This document shows positions 1 through 16,074 of a stretch of 64,000 nucleotides of DNA, piece by piece. The stretch is from contig NC_091980.1 of assembly GCF_044704955.1 (NCBI RefSeq), positions 129,580,001 through 129,644,000 of the forward strand. Reading direction: 5' to 3'. The DNA is from Pristiophorus japonicus. Taxonomy: Eukaryota. The stretch's first letter is position 1; each line of letters opens with the position of its first letter. Under the pieces are notes generated by a model. It ran no database searches. It was not told the origin of the DNA and worked only from the letters and a program-made list of their open reading frames with translations. A program made the position numbers and the translations under genes.

Positions 1-1210
1 CAATCCATGCAAGTATATTACCCCCAATTCTATGTGCTTTAATTTTGCACACTAAAGTCTGTGGGACTTTATTAAAGGCCTTCTGAAAATCCAAATAGTT
101 TACATCCACTAGTTCTCCCTTATCTAATATCAGTTATAGCCTTAAAAAAAAAAAAAAATACTCCAATGCATCCACTATTTCATGGCTGCCACTTTTAGTA
201 CCCTGGGATGCAGATTATCAGGCCTTGGATTTATCAGCTTTCAGTCCCAATAGTTTCTGCAGCACTATTTTCTTACTAATTTCCTTTAATTCCTCTTGCT
301 CATTAGACCCTTGATTCCCTAGCATTTGTGGGATGTTATTTGTGTTCTCTTAGACAAAATTGAAGTATTCAATTGTTATGCCATCTCTTTGTTCTCCATT
401 ATAAATTATCCCAATTCTAACTGTAAAGGACCTACATTTGTCTTCACTAATCTTTTTCTTTTTACGTACTTGGAGAAACTTTTACAATCGTTTTTATGTT
501 CCTTGCAAGTTTAGTCTCATACTCTATTTTCCCCCTCTGAATCAATCTCTTGGTCCTTTTTTTGCTGAATTCTAAACTGCTCCCAATCCTCAGGCTTGCT
601 ACTTTTTCTGGCAACATTGTATGACTGTTACACTCATTATAAATGGGGAGACTGAGTACTGTGTGTAAAGAGCGAGTGTGATCTTAGCTCCTTTAAGATT
701 CCAGAGTGCAGATACCTCATGGGTGGCCTGCTTATATACTGTGCTCCCAAGGGATGCTGGGATGCCTTGGGACTCCAACAGGTGGGTCCTCTGGTGGTCA
801 GGTGCAATGCAGGTTACAAAGGGTTAAATACATAACGGACAGCTCTTTGGATCTAATACTATCCTTAATTTCTTTTGTAAACCATGGTTGGGTCACTCTT
901 CCTTTTGTATTTTTGAGTCAGAAAGGAATGTATAATTATTGCTATTCATACATTCGTTCCTTAAATGTTAGCCATTGACTGTCCACCGTCATGCCTTTTA
1001 ATCACACTTCCCAATCTATTATAGCCATTCCTCATATCTTTGTCGTTTCCTTTGTTTAGATTTAGGACCCTAGATTATGATTGGACTACTTCACTTTCCA
1101 TCTTCATGAAAATTCATTCATGTTATCGCCACTCTTCCCTAAAGGACCCCACCCAACAAGACTGTTAATTAACCCCTTCTCATTGCACAGTACCCAATCT
1201 ACGATAGCTA
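1..1210 (-). mobile_element. Degenerate CR1-clade LINE ORF2 internal fragment
   Basis: Matches the endonuclease/RT linker of the CR1 copies at 38-41 kb and 51-55 kb (e.g. ggacctacatttgtcttcactaatcttttt). Paralogous to 25350-26590. Confidence 0.85.
626..837 (-). mobile_element. Solo LTR (~210 bp, Gypsy-like) inserted in the CR1 fragment
   Basis: Begins TGTTA and ends CATAAC(G). Absent from the paralogous CR1 site at ~26235. Homologous to 33128-33336. Confidence 0.7.
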
Positions 1211-1759
1211 TTCAGACATGTTGAAGACCTAATTTCAATTCTACATATACATAATGACTCAAAAGTCTGGTTACTGTAAACGCACTCAGGTGCAACCTGA
1301 TCCATCTTTATTCCAACCCAAGAGTGCCAGCGTGAAAAAGACATCCAGCTTATATTCAGTTGACCAAACACACATGCATACAGCCCGATGGCATCCGACC
1401 GTGGTGTGCTCTGGTGTCTGGTGACCCCCAAGCATTAATACATAAGAGTATATCTTGCAAATTCTATTCATGCATTTCAATCAAGCATTGCAATACTGTA
1501 ATACAACAGCTGAAAATGTTCACGTTTGTTCAGTCACAGAAGGCAGTGGGATGACAGGTAAATTTTAGTGTCTTAAAGGAGGCAGAGAGGTTTACATAAT
1601 AACATGCATAGGCAATCCATAAGATCATGGCTGGTCTGATCTTGGTATCAACACTTTCCTGCATGTTCCCCATAGCCCTTGACTCCCCTATTGTTCAAAA
1701 ATCTATCTATCTATCTATCTTAAATGTATTCAATGACCCTGCCTCCACACACACACACA

Positions 1760-2100
1760 CATTACTGACAGGGTTCTGCACTGTCTGAGGGGCAATACTG
1801 AGGGATTGCTGCACTGTCTGAGGGGCAGTACTGAGGGATTGCTGCACTGTCTGAGGGCAGTACTGAGGGATTGCTGCAATGTCGGAGCTGCCGTCTTTCA
1901 GATGAGATGCTAGACCATCTGTCTCAAGATGCTATTTCGAAGAAGCGCAGGGGGCGTTCTCTTCGGTATCCTTAACAATATTTATCCCTCAACCAAAACA
2001 GATTATCTGGTCATTAACACATTGCTGAACTTGATTGGCTGTAAAAAGCTTTGAGACATCCTGAGGCCATGAAAGGGCTATATAAATGGAATTATTTCTT
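1760..2100 (+). mobile_element. Deu-domain (SacSINE/DeuSINE-like) SINE with internal ~30-bp tandem repeats
   Basis: Repeats of actgagggattgctgcactgtctgagggg, then gccgtctttcagatgag...tatccctcaacc...gctatataaatg tail. Homologous to the SINE at 27535-29965. Confidence 0.7.
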
Positions 2101-2488
2101 CTTTCTAAGAGGATAAGCATTCCCAAGGCTGCCACAATGAAGTCCAGATGCAAGTCTTTCTTTCTCTTTGGACTGCAGTCCATTTCATTGCTTGTAAAAT
2201 GTCATGGTAACATAACAAGAACTCAAAATCCCACGGTCCTCGCCACATTCTAGCTCCTGTGTGTACAGGTGCTCACTAAACTTGGAAGTGATGGAGTATC
2301 TGAGCACTTGAGCTTGTCACATTCCTCACATGCACTGTCCATTCACCTGACCCGCTGTCGGTTGCTTTGCAGACTCACTGGTCTGTCTTTGGATGCTGCA
2401 TCCACAGATACCTGAAAATGACCAACCCACTGAACCGCGCAGAATATTAAAAAGACACTGACTCGCAAACAACGGAAGATTCAATTAA

Positions 2489-2950
2489 CCTGGACAAGGT
2501 GGCCGTCAGCAGGGCAGCGGGCGTTCGAGGTGGTCGTTCGGCCCGACTGTCCACCTCTCGTCCACGGCTACATTCGTGCCCGGGCGTCCCTGGAGACGGA
2601 GCATGTGGTGTCCATCGACATGCTCGCGATCTTCCGTGAGAGGAGGGACTGGAGTGCATCATCACCCCTGGCAAACAAATTTTAATTTGATTACTATTGT
2701 TTAAAGTTTAATTTGTTTACTGTGATGGTTTTAGTGCCTCTCCCCCCTTTTAGCCAGGGATCACTTGTATAACTTGTGTTTCAATGCCTTAAAAAAAAAG
2801 GGGGCACTTGAAAAGTTTTTGGAGTGTGCCCCCACTCCCCCCCTTTAATCAGGAGGCATTTGATTATTAGTTTACAACAAAAATAGTTGTGTGCCTTTAA
2901 ACAGGGGAGCCATGTTTGACTTTAAATTGTCAATTGCCGGCAAAAAGAAG
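2489..2950 (+). mobile_element. 5'-truncated Tx1-type (L1 superfamily) non-LTR retrotransposon: ORF2 C-terminus plus 3' UTR
   Basis: GC-rich degenerate coding stretch (KVA...VVRPDC.PL..GYIRAR.SLE.EH.VS...FRER.GLECIITPG.QILI*, stop at 2688-2690), then an AT-rich 3' UTR with CCCC/GGGG pairs and an A-rich end. Family assigned from recalled similarity, not a search. Confidence 0.65.
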
Positions 2951-2954
2951 GGTC

Positions 2955-3125
2955 AAACAATGATGTTCATTCTTCAAAGTTCATGACTGGCTCTGGGAGT
3001 CATGGCCCCGCCTCCCTTTATTTGATTGGTGCTCTGACAAAGGCTGCAACTTGTGATTGGGTATGATGAATGACACTCACAGCTAGGTTGTCCCACCCTG
3101 GATTATCCAGCAGTATAAAGACAGG
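2955..3125 (+). promoter_or_regulatory. Ferritin FT1 promoter
   Basis: GC box GGCCCCGCCTCCC (~3004), two inverted CCAAT boxes (TGATTGG ~3023 and ~3054), TATAAA at 3114-3119. Module is conserved in front of FT3, FT4 and FT5. Confidence 0.75.
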
Positions 3126-3150
3126 AGTTTGAAATTAGTTAACTCTTAGC

Positions 3151-3183
3151 TTCTTGCTTCAACAAGGCTTAGATTTTTGGAAA
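3151..3183 (+). promoter_or_regulatory. Degenerate iron-responsive element (IRE) remnant in the FT1 5' UTR
   Basis: TTCTTGC-TTCAA-CAAGGC-TTAGA versus the canonical ferritin IRE TGC-TTCAA-CAGTGN-TTGAA. The 5' arm and spacing are kept; the loop and 3' stem are mutated. Confidence 0.7.
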
Positions 3184-3194
3184 AGCAAATTAGG

Positions 3195-6505
<3,311 letters not shown>

Positions 6506-7479
6506 AGCTTATGTTCAGTACGTGAGACTCTGTCCTGAAGCGAATGATGGCTTGTGGCTTTGTACAGGCTGAGACCTGGTCTTGTGATGTGAAATGTAAT
6601 TGACTGTAAATAAACTGTCCAATATGGAACTGGGTTGTCTTTTTGTAAATTTGAGTGTTTGCTTATCTTCAGATTAACAGCATTTGGTTTCCATCAGACA
6701 AGAATTATACTGGGCTGTGTAACAGCTTTATTTTCCTCTCTCCTTCAGGTCTAAGTCTAATTTATTGAGCTACAAATTTAAGCTTGTATGTTGAGCTAAT
6801 TTTAATTCTGTTTATACCTTGGGAGCAATTTGTCTTCATGTATTTCAATTATTGTGTTCCAGCATTTCTCTTCACCTCGGATTGTAACACAACTTGCTGC
6901 TGATATAACCTTTAACATAGTAAAATGTACCCAGGCATTTGGCAGGAGTGTCACCAAACAAAAATGAGTGACAGGAAAGATGACTAAACTCTTGCTCAAA
7001 CAGGAAGGTCTAAAGGGAGTAAGAAAGAATTTTCAGGGTATGAACTCTAGAGCTTGGGCCAAAGTAACTGCTTCCACTGGTGGTAAATATTCTTTCTGCT
7101 CTGTGTCAATGGCAGCTCTTTTAATCCCTCAATACAACAAACTCTCAGCTGCTGTAATTTTGATAAAAATGCATTTAATTTAAAGTAAGCTTTTACCAAT
7201 CCCACTGAGTAGTTCCTGTGGCATACACTGGAGGTCCCTCACGGAACCCAACTTGGTGCTGCTGCTGACTTTCTGGTCAGTTTTGTGGGCAAAGTAACAC
7301 AACTGTGGAGACCAGCAATGTCTGAGCTCATGGTGGGAGTACCCTGAACTCATGGTACTGTAAGTGGTTTGAGTTAGTTATTTTACATTTCTGTACACCC
7401 CCCCCCCCCCCCACCCAAAAGCCATTTTAGTTCTAGACCTGGGAATTATAGTAGTGAACAGAATATTCAGTTTCAGATA

Positions 7480-8660
7480 GATCTCTCTGTCATAATGCTT
7501 TCATGTTAAAGCACCTGCTTGCTTCCAGTAAAACACACCCCGGTGGCGTAAAACAAACACAATCCAACACACAAGACGGGCCCATCCGAATGCAAAGTAT
7601 CCACGACTAAAACACCCCTGCTTGGATCAATAGTGCACCATTGAATATGTACCAAAGACTGTGCGTACACCTATGATCCGTGCAGAACCTCCCCACTAAA
7701 CCCCTAAGGCTTGGTTGGTATGCACAACACCGCTCCACATGATGTGCTGGTCTAAAGGATATGTGGGCTGGGATACTGCTCACCAGTTACCCCCTCTGGC
7801 TTATTCGCTGCTTCTCCCGATAAGGCCTATCTTCTGGTTTCGTATCAGTCGTTTACAAGTTCCAGTCTCAAGGTCAGCTTCGCAGTCAAAGTCACGAGGC
7901 TGTCTTTTCTTGTTGATGGTTTCTTCTCTCTGTCCCAGATGGAGTGCTCGATCCTTGAAGGTGTTGAATAAAGCAAGCAACTGTAGAAGATAGAGAGAAA
8001 GATGGCAGTAAACTGCTTTTCTTATACCTGAAAAATGCTTGCTGAATCCTTGCCCCATAAACCAGTCCTTTGCCTGAGGCAGTCCAACTAAAGAGCATGA
8101 TTCACATCTCCGGCCTGTGCCTTTGTTACCAGGCTCCTCCTGGGGATAAAGGCTCCAACGAGTCTGGGTGGCCAATAGCTTCCTTTGTCCTGAGGTTCCT
8201 GTGCTCCAGGGCTATCTCATTCCAGTTTGATGGCTTGAGCACTGACCAGTTTATCTGATCTCTCACTGATGGAGGACCCTTTTGTCATGCAATGGGAACC
8301 CATCAGCCATCTACCTGTGATGAGGTTCCTGCATTCAGCCATTGACCCATCCCAGACTATCCCCACCCACCTGATGTGTATTCCTGTGGAAAATGCCTGG
8401 GTCTGTCCCAGTCATGCTGTCAGCTCTGTAAATGAAATATGGAAAAGCAATGTCCAAACTTAAAGTCCAAAATCCTGAAGTTTGTGTCGATGTTTACGCC
8501 GATGCTTACAGTACAAAAGGCAACTACAATTGGGTGATTGGGAAATGCATCTCAAATGTTGGCCTCTTGGGGCAGAAAGTGTGAATTCTTTTTGGGGATA
8601 GGATGAACTTGGTTCCTAATATTTTTTCTGTTTTGTCTTTCGGATGTTGATTGAATAAAC
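7480..8660 (-). mobile_element. Possible LTR/ERV-derived unique insertion
   Basis: Segment absent from the equivalent flanks of the other ferritin copies. LTR-like composition, but no coding motif or clear termini recognised. Confidence 0.3.
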
Positions 8661-9509
8661 TGTCTACCTCGGCTCCCACGTGAATAAGAAGTTGTATAAG
8701 GCATTAAAGAGAGAGATAATCATGAACTGTACTCAAATAAAATGTATTCCTTCTGCAAGGAGTAAAAGAATTTCATTAAACGCAAAAAGCAATAAATTAA
8801 ACCACCAAGGAAGAACAATAAATATTTCTCCTGCCCCCACACCCTTCAACACTTCAATTGTATTTATCCAACGTTTATAAATTAATTAGTTGAGAACTGC
8901 AATGAGTGAAATGGAATTGCCATCTTCAATCATTCCTCGTTAATGTCTTTGCATCTCTCAAAGTTTCCAGTCACCTTATTCAATCTTTGCTATTGTATGA
9001 AAATTCATCAATGGCAAAGGAAGCTTCTCACCACCTTGTGCTTTCTTTGCCTACCGCCATCCCGATTCCCCACAGGGAGTGACACTGAATGAAAGAGATC
9101 CTGTGGAAGGATCAAAGCTTCCCTCAGTCCCAGTAACCACAGGCCTGAATCGAAGTCTCTGCTGCCCACTGGGCTGGCATTGAGTGTGACCATGTGATGT
9201 CCATCAGTTTGCTCAAAGCCCTTTGTGACTGCATCTTGGATCCTTCGACCAATACAGGTGTAAATACCCAGATAGATGTTCGGTTCAGGTGGGTCAACAT
9301 TCTCTCTCTATCCACTCTATCAAACTTTTCATAATTATAAGGACCTGTGTGTGATTGGTGGCTCTGGATCTGAATCACTGCCACCCTCTCTGACCTATCT
9401 AAAACAGAGTTTTAATCCAAGGGAACACCTCTCATCAGCTAATCCATGACTGAACCACTTCTGCACTGAAACCAGACGTCACGGCGTTGGATCTCAGAGA
9501 AACACCAAC

Positions 9510-10390
9510 ATGAAAGGCAAAGGACCAGAGAGGAGAGATGAGAATTGTTTTTGCGCAGAGAGTTGTTGTGATCTGGAACACGCTGCCTGAAAGGGCGGTG
9601 GAAGCAGATTCAACAGTAACTTTGAAAAGGTGAATTGGATATATAGGAGGAAAGAAAAACATTGCAGGGCTATGGGGAAGGAGCTGAGGAGTGGGATTAA
9701 TTCGATCACTCCTTCAAAGAGCCTGCACAGGCACAATGGGCTGAATGGCCTCTTTCTGTGCTGCATTAATCTATGATGAGACACAGTTACAGAACAACTG
9801 AAGAGGGTGTAAAAAAAGATTTACAAGGATGATACCAGAAATGTGAGGGTATACCTATCTTGAAAGAACAGGCTCTTTACTCTTGAAAAGAGAATGCTGA
9901 GGGTGACCTAATAAAGGTCCTTACAATTATGAAAGCTTTGATAGAGTGGATACAGAGAGAATGTTTCCACTTGTGGAGAAGAGCAAAACTAGAGGCCATC
10001 AATATAAGATAGTCACCAAGAAATCCAATAGGGAATTCAGGAGAAACATCTTTATGCAGATAGTTGCTACCACAGGAAGTGCTTTAATTGAATAGTATAG
10101 AAGCATTTAAGGGGAGGATAGACAAGCATATGAGGGAGAAGGAAATAGAGAGTTTTGCTGATAAATTTAGAGGAGGAAAGACGGGAGGCTCGAGTGGAAC
10201 ATAAACGCCGGCATGGACTGATTGGGCCGAATGCCATGTTTTCCAAAGCTCTGATTGGCTCTGGGCCACAAACCACCCCAAAAGAGCTAGAATATGGTGT
10301 TGAGATAGAGGATCAGCCAAGATCATATTGAATGGCGATGCAGATTCGAAGGGCTGCATGGCCTACTACTGCTACTAATTTTCTATGTCT
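9510..10390 (+). mobile_element. Cluster of old CR1 3'-end fragments
   Basis: Repeated CR1 3' motifs (gagagttgttgtgatctggaac, gggctgaatggcct, atggcctactact). Confidence 0.65.
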
Positions 10391-10464
10391 CTTTTGTGAA
10401 TTGGAGCCTGGATTCAAGGAAGATTCCTGATTGACAAATCCTGAGAGCCAATCATCATTGGTGA

Positions 10465-10943
10465 TAGAAACATAGAAAATAGGTGCAGGAGTAGGCCATT
10501 CGGCCCTTCTAGCCTGCACCGCCATTCAATGAGTTCATGGCTGAATATTCAACTTCAGTACCCCATTCCTGCTTTCTCGCCATACCCCTTGATCCCCCTA
10601 GTAGTAAGGACCTCATCTAACTCCTTTTTGAATATATTTAGTGAATTGGCCTCAACAACTTTCTGTGGTAGAGAATTCCACAGGTTCACCACTCTCTGGG
10701 TGAAGAAGTTCCTCCGCATCTCGGTCCTAAATGGCTTACCCCTTATCCTTAGAATGTGACCTCTGGTTCTGGACTTCCCCAACATTGGGAACATTCTTCC
10801 TGCATCTAACCTGTCTAAACCCGTCAGAATTTTAAATGTTTCTATGAGGTCCCCTCTCATTCTTCTGAACTCCAGTGAATACAAGCCCAGTTGATCCAGT
10901 CTTTCTTGATAGGTCAGTCCCGCCATCCCGGGAATCAGTCTGG
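10465..10943 (-). mobile_element. Young 5'-truncated CR1 LINE 3' end, inserted just upstream of FT2
   Basis: ORF 10555-10926 is the CR1 ORF2 C-terminus (LYSLEFRRMRGDLIETFKIL...RTRGH...FFTQRVVNLWNSLP). (CATAGAAA)-type tail. Near-identical to 34102-34525 and 38012-38490. Confidence 0.92.
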
Positions 10944-11568
10944 ATGTTATTCCTTCTTTGAATGCAGCTGGCCCAGTAGTATAAATAAAGGTGCTTCTGT
11001 AAGAAAAGGTTAATACTAGAACTGTGCAGGTGATAGTGTAATATAGGTCGTGAGGATGGCCTTCAAGTGTGTCAGAACTATAAAAAAGACTGTGAGGCTG
11101 CTGTCAACAAGCAGATCAACATGGAGCTCTGTTCCTTCTATGTTTACCTCTCCATGGTGAGTCTTGTATTCCTTGTTGCTACATTCTGAAAAGTTGGAAA
11201 TTCTCCAGTTCCATGAACTGGCTTTAAGCTGTATTTCTCTGGATTCCTTCCCTGGGGGAGAAGAGTCTTTGGGCAGTGAGGGCTTCAGGTGTGTAATACA
11301 GGGGGATCTTGTTGAGTTAATGGACTGCTCCCTGTAGCAGCTGCCCTCTGTTCAAGTTTAAAATCTGAAACCAGCTCAGCTGCTGCCTGAGTGTGTTACG
11401 GAAGAGCACAAACCTGGTCAGGGCCTTGTTGACCTGAGACAATGTTCAGTTTCAGTGGGGGATCTGTAGTGAGTGAAATGTGGGCAGGTCCTAACTAGTG
11501 ATCTCATTAATTGGAGGTGAAATATTGAGAATCCTGGCTTTGGAGCCCTGCTCACTGCTGAGATCTCT

Positions 11569-12310
11569 TGTAGGCATTAGGCACCTGCTGAATATATCTA
11601 AACACTAAGCATTAGGCACCTGCTGAATACACGAATATGTTTAAAGTGGCCAAATATAAAATGGCTGCCTGGAGGGCTCCTCCAAGCATGATGGGAAATC
11701 AGGTAGTCAAGCTGTGAACTATTGACTGAGACTGACCGAGCAATAACCCTGTGAGGCCCACTGCCAGGAATGCCTTGGATACAAGATAACTATAACAAAC
11801 CATTATAACTCCACACAGCAGAGCCCCGAGAAATAGAGATAAGGGGGGCCTACATCACATAACGAGGGCATGAATCAGCCCGAGATGACAAGAACCGAAT
11901 ATGTAATTCTAATAAGGAGGCTACCCAAAGACAGCACCCAAGGATAGTAAGATAAAGGGGGCCTGGACCATGTTACAAGATGCATGAGTAATTCCTAGCA
12001 ACACACACCTTAGCAACACATCTCTTGGCAACACATGAGCCACTTCACATTTAGAGACTAACTCTATCTATTGGTCTAATTGAATCTATAATCAGTATGA
12101 TTGGATAGTATCCAACCGAAATGGGCTGATGTAACTGTCGTAAACTGTTGTAAAACATATAAAAATCCATGAAACTATTTGTTCGGTGGAGAGTGGAATA
12201 CCTGGAGTTAACCAGAGGCTCTCTCCCCACCGGTGAAATAAAGACCGCTTTGGTGTTGGAACCGATTCTGAGTGTCGAGTGATTCTTCCGAGAAAACACT
12301 AACACTAACA
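11569..12310 (+). mobile_element. Solo LTR (~740 bp, ERV-like) in FT2 intron 1
   Basis: TG...CA ends, internal direct repeats, ATTGG boxes, CATATAAAA (~12157), AATAAA (~12237), approximate 4-bp flanks ctct/cact. Confidence 0.6.
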
Positions 12311-12379
12311 CACTATTGCTGCGAAAACTACTGGAGTGGAGGATTTTTTTCACTCCGTGCCCAATCTTGGATTAGAAAG

Positions 12380-13085
12380 GAAGAATAATCATTTCTATAG
12401 TGCCTTTCACTACCTTGGAATGTCCCAAAGTGCTTTGTAGCCAATGAAGGAGTTAAGTGTAGTTACCTATTGTAAAGTGGGAAATGCAGCCAGCCAAATA
12501 GTGCACAGTAAGCTCCCACAAACTGCAATGAGATAATGATCAGATCATCTGTTTTAGTGGTGAGGGTTGAGGGATAAATATTGGCTGGCACACTGCAGCG
12601 ATCTCCCCTGTTCTCTGAAGTATTAACTAGAACAAAGGAGTAGGCCATTGGTCCCTCAGCCTGATCCATCATTCAACAAAATCACTGCTGATCTTCTACC
12701 TCAACTCTAGTTTCCTGCACTGTCCCCATATCCCTTTGTTCCCTAAATATCCAATCTATTGATCTGTCTTGAATATACGCTTCTGGGGTAGTGAATTCCA
12801 AAGATTCACCACCCTCTGAGGGAAGAAATTTCTCCTCCCCTGACTCCTAAATGGCTGACCCCTTATTCTGAGACTGACCCCTGGTTCCTGACTCCCCAGC
12901 CAGGGGAAACCTCCTCCCTGCATCTACCCTGTCCAGCACTGTAAGAATTCTGTATGTTTCGATGACATCACCTCTGATTCTTCCAAACTCTAGAGAATAT
13001 AGGCTAGTGTAAATGTCTCTTCCTTGAGATCTTTCACATCCACCTGAGGACAGACAGGGTTTCTGTTTAACGTCTTGTGTGAATG
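12380..13085 (-). mobile_element. Deu-domain SINE interrupted by a CR1 3' fragment (~12627-13010)
   Basis: Reverse complement of the SINE tail and body (tatagtgcctttcac, ggttgagggataaatattgg). Confidence 0.65.
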
Positions 13086-16074
13086 ACCAGAAGTATTACT
13101 TATCCAGGAGTAGAATTGAGTTTGACTAGACCTCTTTCTTCCTGTTACAGGGAGGAGTGGCTATCCAACTCAGGTTAGTGAAGCAAATTGCACTTTAGCT
13201 AGTTAACAAATGGTATTTATTTTTGAAAGACTCAGAATTAGCTAACTAGGGGGAAAAATAATATTCTTGCATTGTAGATGAAGATCTATGTCTGAAGAAG
13301 CTGTTTAAAATTCTCTCCGCAGTCCTTCTACTTTGACCGGGATGATGTTGCCCTGCGTCACTTTGCTGAGTTCTTCAAGGAGCAGTCACATGAGGAACGT
13401 GAGCATGCTGAGAAACTGATGGAATTCTAGAATCAGCGTGCGGGCTGAATCATCTTGGCGGACATCAAGGTTTGGTTCAATAAATGAGTGGCCTTCTTTC
13501 AGAATCCCCTTGGCATAATTTGTTTTAAATACTTTCCAAAGCAATTTGTTCCAATTTGATTCCATGGTTCTGGTGGTGGAATGCAATAATTGCATATTCC
13601 TGTGATGCATTGTTTATGGTAACCTGGACGTCTGGTTGCTTTTTCACCTGTCTTCCTTCTACTTTCTCATGTATGTTGTTTAATTGATTGTAAGTGAACT
13701 GCCTGTGACTTTCCTCTTCAGAAACCAGAGCAGGATGAGTGGAGCAATGGTCTGGAGGCGATGTGGAGAGCTCTGCAGATGGAGAAGAATGTCAACCAGA
13801 GTCTGCTGGATCTGCACAAACACTCCACTGGGAGCACCGGCACTTATGTAAGTTCCTTCATGTGGGTTTTTGGGTACATTCGGGACATTGGAACATTGCT
13901 GTCCTGGAGCCTATTCCAAAGATCTCTGCCCAATAGTGTTGTGTTGGGGTATCTCTCCTGGGTTCTTCAGTTACTTGGGGAGAGGACTGGGAGGTTGGCC
14001 TGCTGTAGACATAAATGTGTTTCCAGCATCTGAGCACCCATTGTATAGGAGTTACTGAGTGAGTGGAGAAAATTTACATCAGTCTTAATAACCCCACTTG
14101 TCTATGCTCCAGTCCAAGAGGATTAAAATACCCAACTTTCGAGGGATAAGTTTGGATGTTGCTTGATCTGTTCCGGCCATAACTAGATTCCCTCTTTCAG
14201 TCGTGTGAGTTCCTGGAGACCCACTACTTGGATGAACAAGTGAAGATGATCAAGAAACTTGGAGATCAAATCACCAACCTGAAGAGATGGGGAACCCCTG
14301 AGAATGGAGTACCTGTTTGACAAGCACATTCTGGGGGAGTGTGACTGAACTGACTGATGGGATCAAACTATTTGTGTTTTGTACTTGTATTTACATAATC
14401 AGACCCCTGTCTTGTAGGGAATGATGGATTGTGACTTTGCATAAAGGGCTGAGACCCATCACACTAAATATACTGTTCAACATTGGATTGGGTTTTGTCT
14501 CCTTGTAAATTTGAGTGGTTGCTTATTTTTCATTTAACATGACTTGGTTTACATCAAACAAGAATTCCACTGAGCTGTGCAACAGTGTGATGGGATGCAG
14601 TCCTATGAAATGTGTTCTTCTAGTGTAATGTTGATGTATTGACTGGGATAATCAAGCACCTGTTGTAAGATCTAAAATGTTCAACTGTGCGTTCGGACAA
14701 TTGACAGCCCCATGGGATATTGGCCCAGTGACCAAAAGCCTGGTCAGATGTATGTATCAAGGAGATATTTTGGGAGGGATCTCCAGAGCTTGGAACTTAA
14801 AAGCTGTATAAAATTAACTGTTCCATCTATCTGCCATTATATTTTGTTGGAGTGAATTGTCATCAATGCAACATCTGTTAAAGACAGGGCCAACTTGCAA
14901 GTAAATCAGTGTTGCACCATTTCAGTCCAGTGAAGAAAAAGTCCTGGATTAGCTTCCTATTTAGTGTACCAGCCCTGTGAAGGGCAGTTTGTATTCAGTA
15001 GCTTATATAGATCTTGTTCAGTTATCCAGGCAATTCAGTAATGAGATTCACTACTGCTGCTATAGTCTTTCTGTTAAGCTTTATAGGCAGACAAGCACTG
15101 TCTCAGTACACTGAACTCTGGGCACTACAATTGGGTGAGGCAGAAAAGCAACCGGTGGCATCAGCTTGCTGTCATGGCTTCATTGGTTAGTGTGGGATAC
15201 CCTAGTGGGTGTGGTTCTGGCACAGCTTCTCTTCTGCCTCCTCCCATCATGGTTGAATAACTTGCCAACATAACCTCGATTCACCTGAATAAGGTATTGA
15301 ATGACTCACTATACTCCGACAAAATATAATCCTTCGTGAAGGAGTAAATGTATTTAATTAATTCCACGAAGCAAGAGGCACAAGATGTTAAACCCATTTC
15401 TCCCCTGCCCTGGCAGCAATGCCTAAACCCTCAATTTATAAGCCCACTTATACAATTATGTATTTAGTACCATTGCAAATTTCATAACTATCACCCTGGA
15501 TTAGATCTCCATTTCTCTCCTTCGCTGCCTTGAATGGATTCAAATGTTACTGGAATTTATTGGGTCGAATTAAATTGCCATGAACACGCATTCCTGTTTA
15601 ATGTCTTAGCAACTCTCAAGCACCTTTGGGGTATCAATGTTACAATATTTCATATATTGATGAGCCCCAGTTCCACGAGTCAGCCGTTTGCGTGCTGATG
15701 GGTTTGATGGCTTCATGTATTCAACAAAGTTTCCAGCTCACTCGATGTGAAACTTTACAGGGGTGCTCGTGTTTTAAGAATTACTTACAATTTACAGCAC
15801 AGAAAAAGACCATTCGGGCCAACTGGGCCATGCTGTGGTTTATGCTCCATGTGAACCTTCTCCCACCCCACTTCATCTAGACCTATTAGCATAGCCTTCT
15901 ATTCCTTTCTCCCTTGTGTTGATCTAGCTTTCCCTTAAATACATCTATATTCTTTGCATTCAGAGTTATTACTGCGGGTAGCTCAGTAAACGTACCGCTG
16001 CTGCTGTGGATTTTCTGTTAAGCTGTGTGGGCAAAGAAGCAAGTAACAGCTATAGAGACCCGCAATGTCTGGGC

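Larger units (their letters stand above)
11056..14348 (+). pseudogene. Ferritin pseudogene FT2
   Basis: Exons 11056-11156 (1-nt deletion just after the ATG), 13323-13469 (in-frame TAG and TGA), 13722-13847, 14201-14348 (8-nt deletion). Confidence 0.92.

Noticed and set aside
15595-15800. ~200-bp module recurring five times (also ~19230, ~35365, ~42520, ~46440)
   Set aside because: Translates to a decayed L2 RT core (Y(V/I)D(D/E).QF) carried along with the duplications, so not a new element.
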